DNA from: Nitrospirota bacterium
GTDB lineage: Bacteria > Nitrospirota > UBA9217
Direction: 5' to 3'
NCBI GenBank assembly: GCA_963818475.1
Contig: CAWFSF010000005.1
Span: 733,035-797,034, forward strand
Length of the DNA: 64,000 nucleotides
This document shows positions 51,750-62,070 of the stretch, piece by piece. Each line of letters opens with the position of its first letter. Within the stretch, counting starts at the first letter, position 1. The notes beneath the pieces were generated by a model that was not told the origin of the DNA, did not search any database, and saw only the letters and a list, made by a program, of their open reading frames with translations. A program made the position numbers and the translations under genes.

Positions 51750-52703
51750 TCACAACGATCTCGTTGCCCGGTAAAGCCCGGTGACCACCTGATTCATCCT
51801 CTTGAAATCGAGCTTTTCCCAGGTATCTCCGGGCTCATGATAGTGAGGGTTTCGGTTAAAGGCGGTATCAGTGACCATGAACGCATCGAAGCCGAATTTC
51901 CAGAAATTTCGATGATCGGAAAAATCCACACCGGTCATTGAAGAAAACGTATTCAACGTTTCCACGGGGAAGTCGGATGATTTTGCAAAAGACTTTCTCA
52001 CTTTTTGGGTGAATGACCGCGATGAGATATTCCCGACAAAGGAAATAAAATTGCCCTGATCCGGAAAGAGCCATCCCACGCCCGGCGGATATGCCTGGCA
52101 GCCTTTCTCTTCGCAGAAATACCCGATCATCTCAAGCGCTATCATGCCGTAGACCTTTACGCCTTCGTGAGCCGTCCGTTCGGCGTATACGTAGCTTCCC
52201 ATGTCCCGTGTCCCGAATACGGGCGGCTCTTCCAGGCTGAAGGCCACGAAGCGGATGGTCCGCTCAGCAGGACCGAGCGCGGCCAGACGGGCCAGTTCGA
52301 GAAGGCCAGCGACTCCGCTCGCATTATCGTCCGCGCCCGGCGTCCCGACCGCGGTATCATAATGCGCGCCGATGATAAGGATCTCTTTCTTGTCCGGCTG
52401 CGATCCCTTCACTTCACCGACCACATTGTAATACGTCCTGCCTCCATAGGTGAAAGCCTGCCTCGAAACAAGACAACCGAAGGACTGCAGTGAGCTTTCA
52501 ATATGATCGGCTGCCTTATTCAACGCCGGAAGATCGGGAAAGCTTCTTGCTCCGATATCCTCGGACAAATACCTGACCGTTGAAAGGAGATTTGCCTCAT
52601 CGCCTTCCGGGGAAGGGACCTGCGCAGCAACCGCAAAAGACATAGTCAAAGGAAGGAGGATCATGACGAGCAAACCGCAATATGTTTTGAAGTTATAGTT
52701 CAT
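51750..52703 (-). CDS. M28-family metallopeptidase
   Basis: IGAHYDT, GADDNASG, FSLEE, LEMIG, SDH, YH...DT; signal peptide from the ATG at 52703. Confidence 0.9.
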   Translation of the reverse strand: MNYNFKTYCGLLVMILLPLTMSFAVAAQVPSPEGDEANLLSTVRYLSEDIGARSFPDLPALNKAADHIESSLQSFGCLVSRQAFTYGGRTYYNVVGEVKGSQPDKKEILIIGAHYDTAVGTPGADDNASGVAGLLELARLAALGPAERTIRFVAFSLEEPPVFGTRDMGSYVYAERTAHEGVKVYGMIALEMIGYFCEEKGCQAYPPGVGWLFPDQGNFISFVGNISSRSFTQKVRKSFAKSSDFPVETLNTFSSMTGVDFSDHRNFWKFGFDAFMVTDTAFNRNPHYHEPGDTWEKLDFKRMNQVVTGLYRATRSL

Positions 52704-52911
52704 TTGTCTCAGGTTTTTTGAATGACATTCAGGATACCGTTTAGGGGCTCCACTCTTCCTTAAGCAGGTGATGTGCGTAAAAGCATTACGCAAACACGAA
52801 GTTACAGGAAAGAGTTTCAAAAGGCAAGTTTCATGATGGGGTATTTTCAGGGTAGTGACGGTGGGGTTCAGGGGCACGTCCGACCCTTTACGGCCTCGGG
52901 CAGAACCGGCG

Positions 52912-53676
52912 CTACCTTCTTTCTCCGGCTTTCCGCAAGGGGTGAACCGCAGAGAACGCCAGGGAGAGGATCACCGTGTACGCAGAAAGCGCGAAGCACG
53001 TGACCCATTCCCAAAAATCAAAGCTCAAATACACGGGCACCCCGCGGTCGCGCCAGGAGAGGCTTACCCAGCGGAGTTCCGGGTGCGCATAAAAGACATA
53101 CAACTGGGCCAGGGCCGCCAGCAAGATCGGGAACGCTGCTGAGCCGGCCAGGAAGGATGCAAGCCACCGTGCGTGGCCGGTGAACCTGCGCATGCGCTTC
53201 CTCAGGGTCCGCTCCATGGTCTGGAACATAAGACGGATCATCCCGACGCACAAGCCGGCAAACGCCAATAGCGTGAGGAACTCATGCCCTCGTTCCAACC
53301 GGAGCAGCCACTGGGGAAGTACAGCAGCGCATATCGCGAAGATGTAACCAAACTGCAGTGCCCGGATCCCCTTTGGCCGGTCTTCCGCCCCTTCATGGTT
53401 CCCGCGCCGGGCCAGGAACGTTGCCCAGCAGAACCCGCCGAGGCTATAGAGCACGATGCCGGTCCACGCCCACAGGTAGCCGGCGGGGTCGTGTTCGGGA
53501 GAGAGCAGACGGGTCACCGGCATGTACCGCCAGTCGTATTCCGAAGGATACCGCCGCGCCGCCATCACCATGCCTGTCCAGAATGCGAAGACTCCAAACA
53601 ACGCCGCCGCGGGTGGGGCCCACCGTAAGAACGACGTGTCCGTAATTTCTTTTTTGGGTTCGCGAACAGGAGTCAT
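52912..53676 (-). CDS. Multi-TM membrane protein (DUF998-like)
   Basis: Six hydrophobic helices; YP..YDW.Y..V..L.SP; WEW. Start uncertain. Confidence 0.6.
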   Translation of the reverse strand: MTPVREPKKEITDTSFLRWAPPAAALFGVFAFWTGMVMAARRYPSEYDWRYMPVTRLLSPEHDPAGYLWAWTGIVLYSLGGFCWATFLARRGNHEGAEDRPKGIRALQFGYIFAICAAVLPQWLLRLERGHEFLTLLAFAGLCVGMIRLMFQTMERTLRKRMRRFTGHARWLASFLAGSAAFPILLAALAQLYVFYAHPELRWVSLSWRDRGVPVYLSFDFWEWVTCFALSAYTVILSLAFSAVHPLRKAGERR

Positions 53677-53728
53677 TATGCCGTATTTTCCATTGAGGGA
53701 ATTTTTTGACTTTTTCACGGAGAACCAG

Positions 53729-54127
53729 TTAATAACGGGTGACGGTAATGGTCGCCGGAGTGAAGGTGTGGCCGCCATTCCCCTGAGCCGAAACAGTGAT
53801 CATATTGTCTCCTATAGCCAGCGGGATCACCGACGTCTGCCAGTTGATCCAGCAGCCAATAAGGCAAATAACACTGACCGGTGCGTCTCCACTGCTGCCG
53901 TTTGCGGCGTTGCTCCAGGTGACCGAAATTTGAGAGAGCGTGCCATTGTCGGTATAATTTACACCGCCGGCCAGAGAGACTGAGCTGTAAGCGGTCGTAT
54001 AAATGGGCTCAGTGGTAGGATCTGAGATAAAGACTTCACCTTGATAGGTGGGACTATCTTCGCCGCAGGCTGAGATCAAGAGCACCCCTAACAGAAACGC
54101 AATGCCTAGAGTGAAGTTCCGATTCAT
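53729..54127 (-). CDS. Ig-like lipoprotein
   Basis: Lipobox ISAC; PL..GDN.ITV.A...G.....TITVT. Confidence 0.7.
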   Translation of the reverse strand: MNRNFTLGIAFLLGVLLISACGEDSPTYQGEVFISDPTTEPIYTTAYSSVSLAGGVNYTDNGTLSQISVTWSNAANGSSGDAPVSVICLIGCWINWQTSVIPLAIGDNMITVSAQGNGGHTFTPATITVTRY

Positions 54128-54258
54128 GGTCCCCCCCCTTTGCCGCAGCCGCGTATTGTCAAAATCTAACCACAGAGAACACAGAGAATATTTTGCCCCG
54201 CAATGCCGATCTTCTTTGTCTGAGAGATGCAGGCCCGCCTGTCCGAGCGCAGGGTTGG

Positions 54259-55335
54259 TCAATTAACACCATCCCCAACAAACACGGTAGTTAAACTTGA
54301 CTCCGGGCAGGCGAGTTCAACCCGGTTGCGGCCGTTCGCTTTTGCTCGATAAAGGGCTTCGTCAGCACGGTGGAGCCACTCGCTGATCGATTCCGGCGGA
54401 GCGTATTCCGCCACGCCCAGCGAGATAGTGATCCCGGTCAGTCCGCCCAGACTGGCACTCTGTACGGCGTTGCGCAGGTCCTCGGCAAGGATCCGTCCCC
54501 CGCCGGCAGTCGTTCCGCCGGCCTGCAGAAGAAACTCTTCGCCGCCGTAGCGGTAAAGACTATCGGTGGCGCGCAAGCGTTTGCCCATCAGTTTTGCAAT
54601 TTCCACCAGTACTTCGTCGCCTTTGATATGGCCGTGTGCATCATTAATTTTTTTGAAAAAATCGATATCGAGGACCAGCAGCGTGACGGGGGTGCCTGAG
54701 CGATTTTGTTGATTGCAAGCCTTCAGTAGTTCGAGCTGCAGTTCGTGCCGGTTGCGGACCCCGGTAAGAGGGTCGATAGTTGCCATTGCCAACAGGGTTT
54801 GTTTCTGGCGGTCGATATTCGATGAAAAAATATGGCTGAAAAAGGCTGTGGCAGTCATGGTAACTACGATGCGCGTCAATTGCTGCCAGTCTGCCCAGGT
54901 GCTGACCAGATACGAAACCGACAGGAAAAGGGTGATATTCGCCCAGACGGCCGCCCGCGTCCCCACCAGTGAGTAATTGAAGATAAGAGCCGGATAGACC
55001 CAGAAAATTCCGCCAAGTTTCAGATGATAGGTTGTCAGCAACATGGCAATGTTGCTCAGCAGGCAGGTGATCAGCATCGGCAGCGGCGGAGCAACTTTCT
55101 TGCGCTGGATCTGGATGGAATTGGCGGTGGCAAGAAGAGCAAGTCCGCCAACGATCGTCATCATGAAGAAGTTGCCGGCAATAAAGTGGTGAAGCGCAAA
55201 AGGCCACAGGACAAGGGAACCTATGACCATCAGCCCGAATGTTGTCCTGGCATCGAACCCGGTTTGCGACGTAGCAGTATAATTATTGACCTTCTTACTG
55301 ATACGTTCTGAACATGACTTAAGGAAGAACATCAA
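54259..55335 (-). CDS. Membrane diguanylate cyclase (GGDEF)
   Basis: TM helices; DPLTG, DIDFFKKIND.HGH..GD, I-site RATD, YRYGGEEF, AD.ALY.AK..GRN. Confidence 0.93.
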   Translation of the reverse strand: MMFFLKSCSERISKKVNNYTATSQTGFDARTTFGLMVIGSLVLWPFALHHFIAGNFFMMTIVGGLALLATANSIQIQRKKVAPPLPMLITCLLSNIAMLLTTYHLKLGGIFWVYPALIFNYSLVGTRAAVWANITLFLSVSYLVSTWADWQQLTRIVVTMTATAFFSHIFSSNIDRQKQTLLAMATIDPLTGVRNRHELQLELLKACNQQNRSGTPVTLLVLDIDFFKKINDAHGHIKGDEVLVEIAKLMGKRLRATDSLYRYGGEEFLLQAGGTTAGGGRILAEDLRNAVQSASLGGLTGITISLGVAEYAPPESISEWLHRADEALYRAKANGRNRVELACPESSLTTVFVGDGVN

Positions 55336-55475
55336 TCCAATCGTCCTCGGAAGTGAACTGGCAGCACCCTTGGCAACACCGGATTTCCGGCGTTGTCGAG
55401 TTCAGCAAATGAACGTGCCAAGCTATTTGCAAACTTCAGCATGAATATATTCCCTATTCCGAACGGTGTCAAGAA

Positions 55476-55515
55476 TGTCGAATGGGCGTGTCGAATGGGC
55501 GTTGTCGAATGGGCG
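55476..55515. repeat. Three tandem 13-bp repeats TGTCGAATGGGCG
   Basis: Exact copies at 55476, 55489 and 55503, upstream of the GGDEF gene. Confidence 0.85.
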
Positions 55516-55842
55516 TGATGTGATTTGAAGCTTTTCACGTCCCCCAATAGCCTTATATGACGCTGAAGAGCGGCGTCGGATTCTGCATGACTGATTTATA
55601 GTGTTATACTTAATTAAAGTCGATTCTACAGGGCGATAAGCAGCGCAAACTTGCACCTCCATTCATTACGGTGAACAGCTCAAAAACGCTCGTCTGCAAC
55701 AACTTGCAAAAAACAGTACTTTCAGGTTCCTCAAAATGGACAGAGCGCTTCTGCACCGCTTAGAGGGTCGGCACATCTCATATGTCCATGTATGACATTC
55801 GTAGGTGACGTTTCATTAAACGGAGAACGAACGGAGATAAAG

Positions 55843-56853
55843 ATGATCACTGCTCAATCAGAAAAGAAAGTCTTCCGCCTGGAGAAGCCGGAGATCACCG
55901 TTGTCATCCCCGTCCATGATGAGGCGGATAACGTCAAGCTTCTCGCGAACCGGCTCCTCGCAGTGCTGTCTTGCCTGGAAAGACCGTTTGAGATCATTTT
56001 CGTGGACGACGGTTCACGGGACGGAACTGCCGGTGCGCTCCAGACGATAACCGGGAAAATACCCCAGGTCAAGACCATCCGGCTCAGAAGAAACTTCGGG
56101 CAGACGGCGGCGCTGGCCGCCGGTTTCCAGTATGCAGCAGGGGACATCATTGTCACGATGGACGGCGATCTCCAGAACGATCCCGAGGACATCCCGAAGG
56201 TCATCGCCAAGCTCAGCGAAGGATACGACGTGGTGAGCGGCTGGCGCAAGGACCGCCAGGACGCGTATCTGCGTCGGACGCTGCCGTCGAAGATCGCGAA
56301 CAAACTGATCAGCATGGTCTCCGGCGTGTCCCTCCATGATTACGGCTGCTCGCTGAAAGCCTACCGTGCAGATATCGCGAAGTCATTGCATCTGTACGGA
56401 GAAATGCACCGGTTCCTCCCCGCGCTTGCTGGGATCGAGGGCGCGCGCATCGCGGAGCTGCCGGTCCTCCATCATCCGCGCCGTTTCGGCAGGAGTAAAT
56501 ACAATCTCACGAGGACGTTCCGGGTCGTCCTGGACCTCATGACCGTGGTGTTCCTGCAGCGCTTCATCACGAGGCCGCTGCATATCTTCGGAGGGTTCGG
56601 CCTGCTGTCCCTTGCCGCCGGCATTTTCACCTGCGCCTATCTTACCGTGGACAAGCTCGCCTTCGGACATCCCATTGGGGATCGGCCGCTGTTCGACCTG
56701 GGGATCGTTCTTCTCATCATGGGCGTCCAGTTCATCAGCACCGGCATCATCGCCGAGATCCTGATCAGGACGTACTACGAATCGCAGCATAAGGCCGTGT
56801 ACCGGGTGAGGGAGCTCTACGGTCTCTGGGGAGACGGGCGTGATAAAGCGTAA
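55843..56853 (+). CDS. GT2 polyprenyl-phosphate glycosyltransferase (ArnC/GtrB-like)
   Basis: VVIP..DE, VDDGSRDGT, RNFGQ, MDGDLQNDP, two C-terminal TM helices. Confidence 0.92.
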   Translation: MITAQSEKKVFRLEKPEITVVIPVHDEADNVKLLANRLLAVLSCLERPFEIIFVDDGSRDGTAGALQTITGKIPQVKTIRLRRNFGQTAALAAGFQYAAGDIIVTMDGDLQNDPEDIPKVIAKLSEGYDVVSGWRKDRQDAYLRRTLPSKIANKLISMVSGVSLHDYGCSLKAYRADIAKSLHLYGEMHRFLPALAGIEGARIAELPVLHHPRRFGRSKYNLTRTFRVVLDLMTVVFLQRFITRPLHIFGGFGLLSLAAGIFTCAYLTVDKLAFGHPIGDRPLFDLGIVLLIMGVQFISTGIIAEILIRTYYESQHKAVYRVRELYGLWGDGRDKA

Positions 56854-57790
56854 GACGGCTGCGCTCCTGATAAAGACCTGCATAAGCGTCACGCTCATCG
56901 TCATCCTGGTGAAGAGCGCCGACGTCCATGACACGGTACGCGCCGTGCTCCGGCTGGGTCCCGAGGTGTGGATCTCGTGCGTCCTTCTCTATGTCCTCGG
57001 ACAGATGATCAGCGCCTACCGGTGGAAACTGCTCTCCGGCGAAGCGGGGTTCAGCGCTCCGCTCCGCGATCACATCTCGTACTATTTCATCGGGATGTTC
57101 TTCAACCTGTTCCTCCCGACGTCGGTGGGCGGGGACGGGGTCAAGTGCTGGTATCTCTCCAGGACCGACCCCTTGGGGAGAACGGCGCCGGCGGTCTATA
57201 CCGTACTGGCGGAGCGTGCCACCGGTTTTATCGTCATGTTCTGGATAGGGACCCTGGCGCTGTTCCTGGTTCCCGGCGCCCGCCTTCCGGCCGCGGTATA
57301 CATGCTGGCAGCGGCGGGCTCTGCGCTGAGCATACTGGTCACGCCGTTCATCCCGTCGCTCATGATGCTGACGCTGAAGCGCCGAGCATGGGCCCGGACC
57401 ATGGTGCAGGATATCTCGGCCTATTGGCGGGCGCCGGGCATTATTTTCAGGGCACTCGCCTGGTCCCTTGTCTTTCATGTACTCCTGATCGCTATTCACG
57501 TCGTCATTGGAAAGGCGATGGGGCTTCCGATTCCGGCGACCTATTACGCTGTCGCCTATCCGGCGGCATCGCTTGCGGGATTCATCCCCCTTTCCTTGAG
57601 TGGTATCGGCCCGCGTGAGGGGACCTACCTCTATCTATTCACGCTCATCGGGATCGGACGATCGGACGCGCTGGCCTTCGGCGTTTGCTGGCTGGGGATC
57701 ATCATCGTTGCCAGCCTTCCGGGCGCCGTGCTGTATCTCAAGGGCGTCAGGCACACTGGTGCGGGGGTGAAGGAGGGCGCTCTGCCCTGA
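56840..57790 (+). CDS. Lysylphosphatidylglycerol synthase TM-region/flippase-like protein
   Basis: RW, FFNLFLPTSVGGD, ER, P.SLSGIGPRE. Confidence 0.85.
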   Translation: MIKRKTAALLIKTCISVTLIVILVKSADVHDTVRAVLRLGPEVWISCVLLYVLGQMISAYRWKLLSGEAGFSAPLRDHISYYFIGMFFNLFLPTSVGGDGVKCWYLSRTDPLGRTAPAVYTVLAERATGFIVMFWIGTLALFLVPGARLPAAVYMLAAAGSALSILVTPFIPSLMMLTLKRRAWARTMVQDISAYWRAPGIIFRALAWSLVFHVLLIAIHVVIGKAMGLPIPATYYAVAYPAASLAGFIPLSLSGIGPREGTYLYLFTLIGIGRSDALAFGVCWLGIIIVASLPGAVLYLKGVRHTGAGVKEGALP

Positions 57791-57836
57791 AGGGACGAGA
57801 AGCTCTCGCCGACTGATCTCTCTTCATCGGAACGAT

Positions 57837-59345
57837 CTAGGGAGACTCCTGCCGCACCCACAGTGCCATGCTCCGCCCATCACGCACCTGCCGCAGCCCT
57901 GCACCCGCCTCTGAGACCAGCAATGGTCGGTGGTCCTTGCGCCCCAGGATGTAGACCCTCTTCCGCCGGTCTGCGAGAAGTTCCTTGAACTGCTCGTGTT
58001 TCATGATTGCGGTCCCCGCCCCGCTTGCACTCTCGCCTTCCTTCATCGGAAAATTGCCGTTGATGATCCTCGCGTTGCTCGTGACGATAGGGACCCGCTC
58101 GCCCATATAGAAAAGGAAAGAAGTAGGGAACGTTTCATAGGTCACGACCGCGTCGCCCGGCCTTCGCTCCGCCAGGACGCGCTCGGCGAATGCTTTGGAC
58201 GACCGCTGGGCCGAGACGGCGTCCACGGCCCAGAGTCCGGCAGCAAAGGTGAGGAAAGCGGCGGCGAGAGCGATGACGAAAAAATTCGCTTTTTTCTTTT
58301 GCAAGCAGTCGTCCCAGAATGCACCGATCATGAGCGACAGTGCGGGGAAGAGGGGAAGGACATACCCGGACTGTTTTGAACGCGAAAGGGTGAAAAAGAC
58401 AAAGACGAACCCCGCCCAGAGTGCGAGGAAGAGCAGAGAGTACCTGTCCGGACCCCGTTCCCGCTCTTTTTGTCGGATTGCCCTTACTGCCGCCGGCAGG
58501 AAGAGTATCCAGGGGAGCATCCCGCCGATCACGACCAGGAAGTAATACCAGAACGGTTTGACGCGGGAAAAGAGATCGGTCGTGTAGCGCGAGATATGTT
58601 CAGTAACAAAGAAATAGCGTGGGAATTCGGGGTTGTTGATGCTCACCAGGGTGTACCATGGCACTGCGATGATCAAAAAGAGAAACGGACCCCTGGCGAC
58701 CTCCATTTCCCTGAAGCGGCCCAACTGCCCGGTTGAAAACAGGTACAAGCCGAGAACAGCGACAGGGATGACAGCGCCGATGGGACCTTTTGTCAGGACC
58801 GCGAGTGCTATGGCAGCGTAGAAAAGAAGATTGAACGCTCTCTTTCTGCCGGGATCGTTTTCGCTCGATCCCGAATAGGCGAAGAGCATTGCCAGGGTGA
58901 TGAGGGCAGTGAGCAGCATGTCGAAGATCACGATCCTGCTGAAGGCGATATAAACAGGACTCGTTGCAAGGACAAGGCCCGACAGAAGCCCCGCCCGCCC
59001 GCCAAACATGCGGCGGCCGAGAAAATAGACCGCGATCACGCCCACGGTCGCGGCAGCAGCCGAAGGGAACCGCGCCGCGGCTTCGTTCACCCCGCCCAGT
59101 TTCATCGACAGGGCCGCCGCCCAGAAGAACAGGACCGGTTTGTTCAGCTTCCTCTCGAAATTCAGGTGCGGGGTCACCCAGTCTCCGGTCACGAGAATTT
59201 CGCGCGCGACCTCTGCGTTCCGCCCCTCATCGGGCTCCAAAAGCGGAACAGCGCCCAGGCGGAAAAAGAACAGAAGCGCAGACGCAAGGATAAGAAGAAC
59301 GATATGGATGGAGGTCGTTTTCATGAGTTGATGCAAAGCGTGCAA
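57837..59345 (-). CDS. ArnT/PMT-family (GT-C) glycosyltransferase
   Basis: EPDEGRNAEVAREI...GDWVTP.LN..KP.L..W; LTKGP; PWY; K...Y.LP..P. Confidence 0.9.
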   Translation of the reverse strand: MHALHQLMKTTSIHIVLLILASALLFFFRLGAVPLLEPDEGRNAEVAREILVTGDWVTPHLNFERKLNKPVLFFWAAALSMKLGGVNEAAARFPSAAAATVGVIAVYFLGRRMFGGRAGLLSGLVLATSPVYIAFSRIVIFDMLLTALITLAMLFAYSGSSENDPGRKRAFNLLFYAAIALAVLTKGPIGAVIPVAVLGLYLFSTGQLGRFREMEVARGPFLFLIIAVPWYTLVSINNPEFPRYFFVTEHISRYTTDLFSRVKPFWYYFLVVIGGMLPWILFLPAAVRAIRQKERERGPDRYSLLFLALWAGFVFVFFTLSRSKQSGYVLPLFPALSLMIGAFWDDCLQKKKANFFVIALAAAFLTFAAGLWAVDAVSAQRSSKAFAERVLAERRPGDAVVTYETFPTSFLFYMGERVPIVTSNARIINGNFPMKEGESASGAGTAIMKHEQFKELLADRRKRVYILGRKDHRPLLVSEAGAGLRQVRDGRSMALWVRQESP

Positions 59346-59479
59346 AGCCTCTTGAGGGAATTATAGCATGAGCAGTGTTGGGAGGAACCGCGGCAGCCGC
59401 GGCAGATCGGGTCCTTCATCGTTGCCAGAACTGCACTGCGCCCTCCGGGAGCCTGGCAAGGACGCGGTCGAGTTGATCA

Positions 59480-60037
59480 TTACGATATTTCTATGTCGTA
59501 TTTATCTAAGAGGCCGATTATTCCCGCTTGGGAAAATCTGGCTTTTTTTACCCGGTTTAATTCCAGGTCGATGGAATAATTGAATGCGGTCCGAAAGTCC
59601 GCTTTTTCCAATATCGTGTTCTCAAAGGTTGCTCTTGTTAATTCGCAGTTGTCAAAAACCGAACTGCTCAGATCACTTTCTGTAAAATCCACTTCTTCAA
59701 GCTTTGAATTTTTGAATGTTGTTTTTTTCAGTTTCTGCTTGCAAAATGAAGAATGGTTAAGCGTGCAATGACAAAAGCCGACCAAAAAGCCGAATTGATT
59801 GCAGTTTTCAAAGTGCAGTCCCAGCATTTTGCAATCTTTAAATAGAACGTCTCTAAAAGCCGTTTTGTTCAGCCTGGCTAAACTCAAATTACATCCCAAA
59901 AATTCGCATTCTGAAAACTTTATCTCTGAAAGGTCGGATCCTGAAAAATTGCAGTCGCTGAAAGTACATTTTTCATACTCTCCCTTTGCCAATGCGTTTT
60001 GAGTATAGTCAATTTTGTCATACGAAGTTTCTTCCAT
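59480..60037 (-). CDS. Pentapeptide repeat protein
   Basis: Tandem (C/A)xFxx and (S/A)DLxx five-residue repeats. Confidence 0.9.
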   Translation of the reverse strand: MEETSYDKIDYTQNALAKGEYEKCTFSDCNFSGSDLSEIKFSECEFLGCNLSLARLNKTAFRDVLFKDCKMLGLHFENCNQFGFLVGFCHCTLNHSSFCKQKLKKTTFKNSKLEEVDFTESDLSSSVFDNCELTRATFENTILEKADFRTAFNYSIDLELNRVKKARFSQAGIIGLLDKYDIEIS

Positions 60038-60208
60038 ATCTTCCCGTTCTATTCTCCAGTCAATTGCAACCCTCAGCCACCCTCGGCGGATACCGGTGGT
60101 TCAAAGAAAGGATTCGTAGCCTGTGCGAATAGCCGCCTTACCGACGATCGGCTGCTGATTTTTAGGTAGCAGCACTGCATCGTCGGCGTAGAAGTCCGCA
60201 CTACCGGA

Positions 60209-60658
60209 CTAAATTACACCAAGTGTACCAGTCAATATATTGGACTGTGAGCCGGTGCTGTCAGTGATATAGATCTTGAACGTGTAATTTCCCGCGACAG
60301 TCGTATCCATACCAGCAGTAAAAGCAATTAGACCCGGCAGGCTGGGATCGCCAAAACGGTCGCTAAAATAACCGGAGGATATTGGATCGGTTGAAGTGTG
60401 AATTGCATTTCCAATCGAGTCATAGGAAGTGAATGTAATTGTTGACATATTGCCATCTATATCGACGGCGTCAACGGTTCCGTAGATCGTTACGGTACCG
60501 CTTCCCGAACCCTGCGTTGCTTGATTGGGGGCATAAGAAAGATTTGAAATAACCGGCGCGTTTTGCGATGCAGACGATCCTCCGCCACAACCGAGAAGTA
60601 GAACCATGAGAACGAATGAAGCAGCTAACAAAACTTTGCGAGCAATTTTCATATGCAC
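60209..60658 (-). CDS. Ig-like lipoprotein
   Basis: Lipobox LLGC + GGGSS; APVISNL; G.YTF...TDS.G..SN.L. Confidence 0.75.
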   Translation of the reverse strand: MHMKIARKVLLAASFVLMVLLLGCGGGSSASQNAPVISNLSYAPNQATQGSGSGTVTIYGTVDAVDIDGNMSTITFTSYDSIGNAIHTSTDPISSGYFSDRFGDPSLPGLIAFTAGMDTTVAGNYTFKIYITDSTGSQSNILTGTLGVI

Positions 60659-61093
60659 CTCAATAAGTGAATTAGTGGCTAATGCAAAGCAATGCCGCTT
60701 GCGATTGCAGCAGTTGGAAACCTCGGTTCAAATACTCTCAGGACATTTCCCGCTTTATACCGGATTGCGGCATAATCGAGTTCAATTCACCGTGCTGATC
60801 TATTCGTAGAATTCTGCATGAATAGTATGCCCTATTCAGAATGATGTCAACGATATCGAATGGTATTTTAAACGGAGGCGAATGAATGTAAAACCGATGT
60901 GTTATGCTTTACCTATGTCGGATTATGGCAAAACAAGGGATTGCATTTTCCCGTGAAATAGTAGTACTATAGTTGCATTGTATTGAAGCAGGCAACTATG
61001 AAATAGGCGTCCCTGGATACTCGATACCTGCTATGGTTCTGAATCGTTCCTGCACCGGTCCGGCGTTTCCGGCTGGCGCAGAAGGGGGGGCAA

Positions 61094-61711
61094 GTGATGA
61101 AGGATGCATTGAAAAACGTAAACCGGGCAGGGCGCATCATCCTGTTTCTGGCAGCGCTCGGGTCGCTCGCGGGCTGCGGGGTCCACAAACCTTTCGAGCT
61201 CTTTGACGACAAGGCCGTGATCAAAAGCGGTACGATCGCGGTCATCAGCGCCGACGGCTCCGAGGCGACGGTGCGGCTGGCGGAGGCGCTCACCAGGGAG
61301 CTCGGGGTGCGGAGCACCTTCAAGGTCTGGAGCCAGGCAAAGATCGGTCTCCGCCTGGGGAAGTATCCCGTTACCATCAAGGAAGGGCAGCCCGAGAATC
61401 CGGACAAGCCGGTCTGGTTCAGCAAGGGAGAGAAGGCCAAACTGGACGCCATACAGGCACAGCTCAAGGTGCGCTATCTCTTCGTGGTCTGGACCGGGTT
61501 CTCCCGGACCGGCACCTCGGACTCCTACAACGTGAGCATGAACGGCAACGTGATGGAATACCCCAAGGGCCGGGTGATCGGTTACTCGCTCCTCTCCGGC
61601 AGCAGCCGGTCGGCGAAAGGCGATGACATCAGCCAGATGTTGAAGGATTCAGCGGCTGCGATGGCAGACAAATTCATCAGCGCTGCGAAGGCTGAGAAGC
61701 CGGGCAAGTAG
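61094..61711 (+). CDS. Hypothetical lipoprotein
   Basis: Lipobox LAGC; high-GC3 codon usage. Confidence 0.7.
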   Translation: MMKDALKNVNRAGRIILFLAALGSLAGCGVHKPFELFDDKAVIKSGTIAVISADGSEATVRLAEALTRELGVRSTFKVWSQAKIGLRLGKYPVTIKEGQPENPDKPVWFSKGEKAKLDAIQAQLKVRYLFVVWTGFSRTGTSDSYNVSMNGNVMEYPKGRVIGYSLLSGSSRSAKGDDISQMLKDSAAAMADKFISAAKAEKPGK

Positions 61712-61814
61712 GCCCGTCCGGAGGAGAGAATCCGGCGGATATTCCCGCGGCTGCCCGTTGTCTCTCGGCAGCTGCTTCAAACAAGAAGTTGGGCAAGCAA
61801 TCCAACCTTGAAAT

Positions 61815-62042
61815 TTAAAAAAGTGAGCCGCCATTCAGGCCTTTGATGACCAACACGATCCCGAACAAGACGGGGATTGCGGTATAGGCAACAAAGTGGA
61901 TGGCATTGCCGGCTTTCTCTCCCCAGAACTTTTTCATTGGCTCCAGTTTCTTAAGCTGCTCAGGTTTTGCAACCCTTGCCCGCGCTGTGTACGCACCAAC
62001 GCCAATTGCCAGAATTCCTGTCAATACGGTCAATGGATTCAT
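61815..62042 (-). CDS. Small two-TM membrane protein
   Basis: GGAAGG RBS; two TM helices; a paralogous fragment lies at 26138-26240. Confidence 0.65.
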   Translation of the reverse strand: MNPLTVLTGILAIGVGAYTARARVAKPEQLKKLEPMKKFWGEKAGNAIHFVAYTAIPVLFGIVLVIKGLNGGSLF

Positions 62043-62070
62043 CGATTTTTCCTTCCTTTTATTTTCTTCG

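Noticed and set aside
55843-59345. Complete arn (L-Ara4N) polymyxin-resistance operon
   Set aside because: Only GT2, flippase-like and ArnT-like genes are present, and the last is convergent; no arnA/B/D, so the transferred sugar is unknown.
59480-60037. Qnr quinolone-resistance gene
   Set aside because: Generic pentapeptide repeats; the Qnr-specific loops cannot be recognised by eye.
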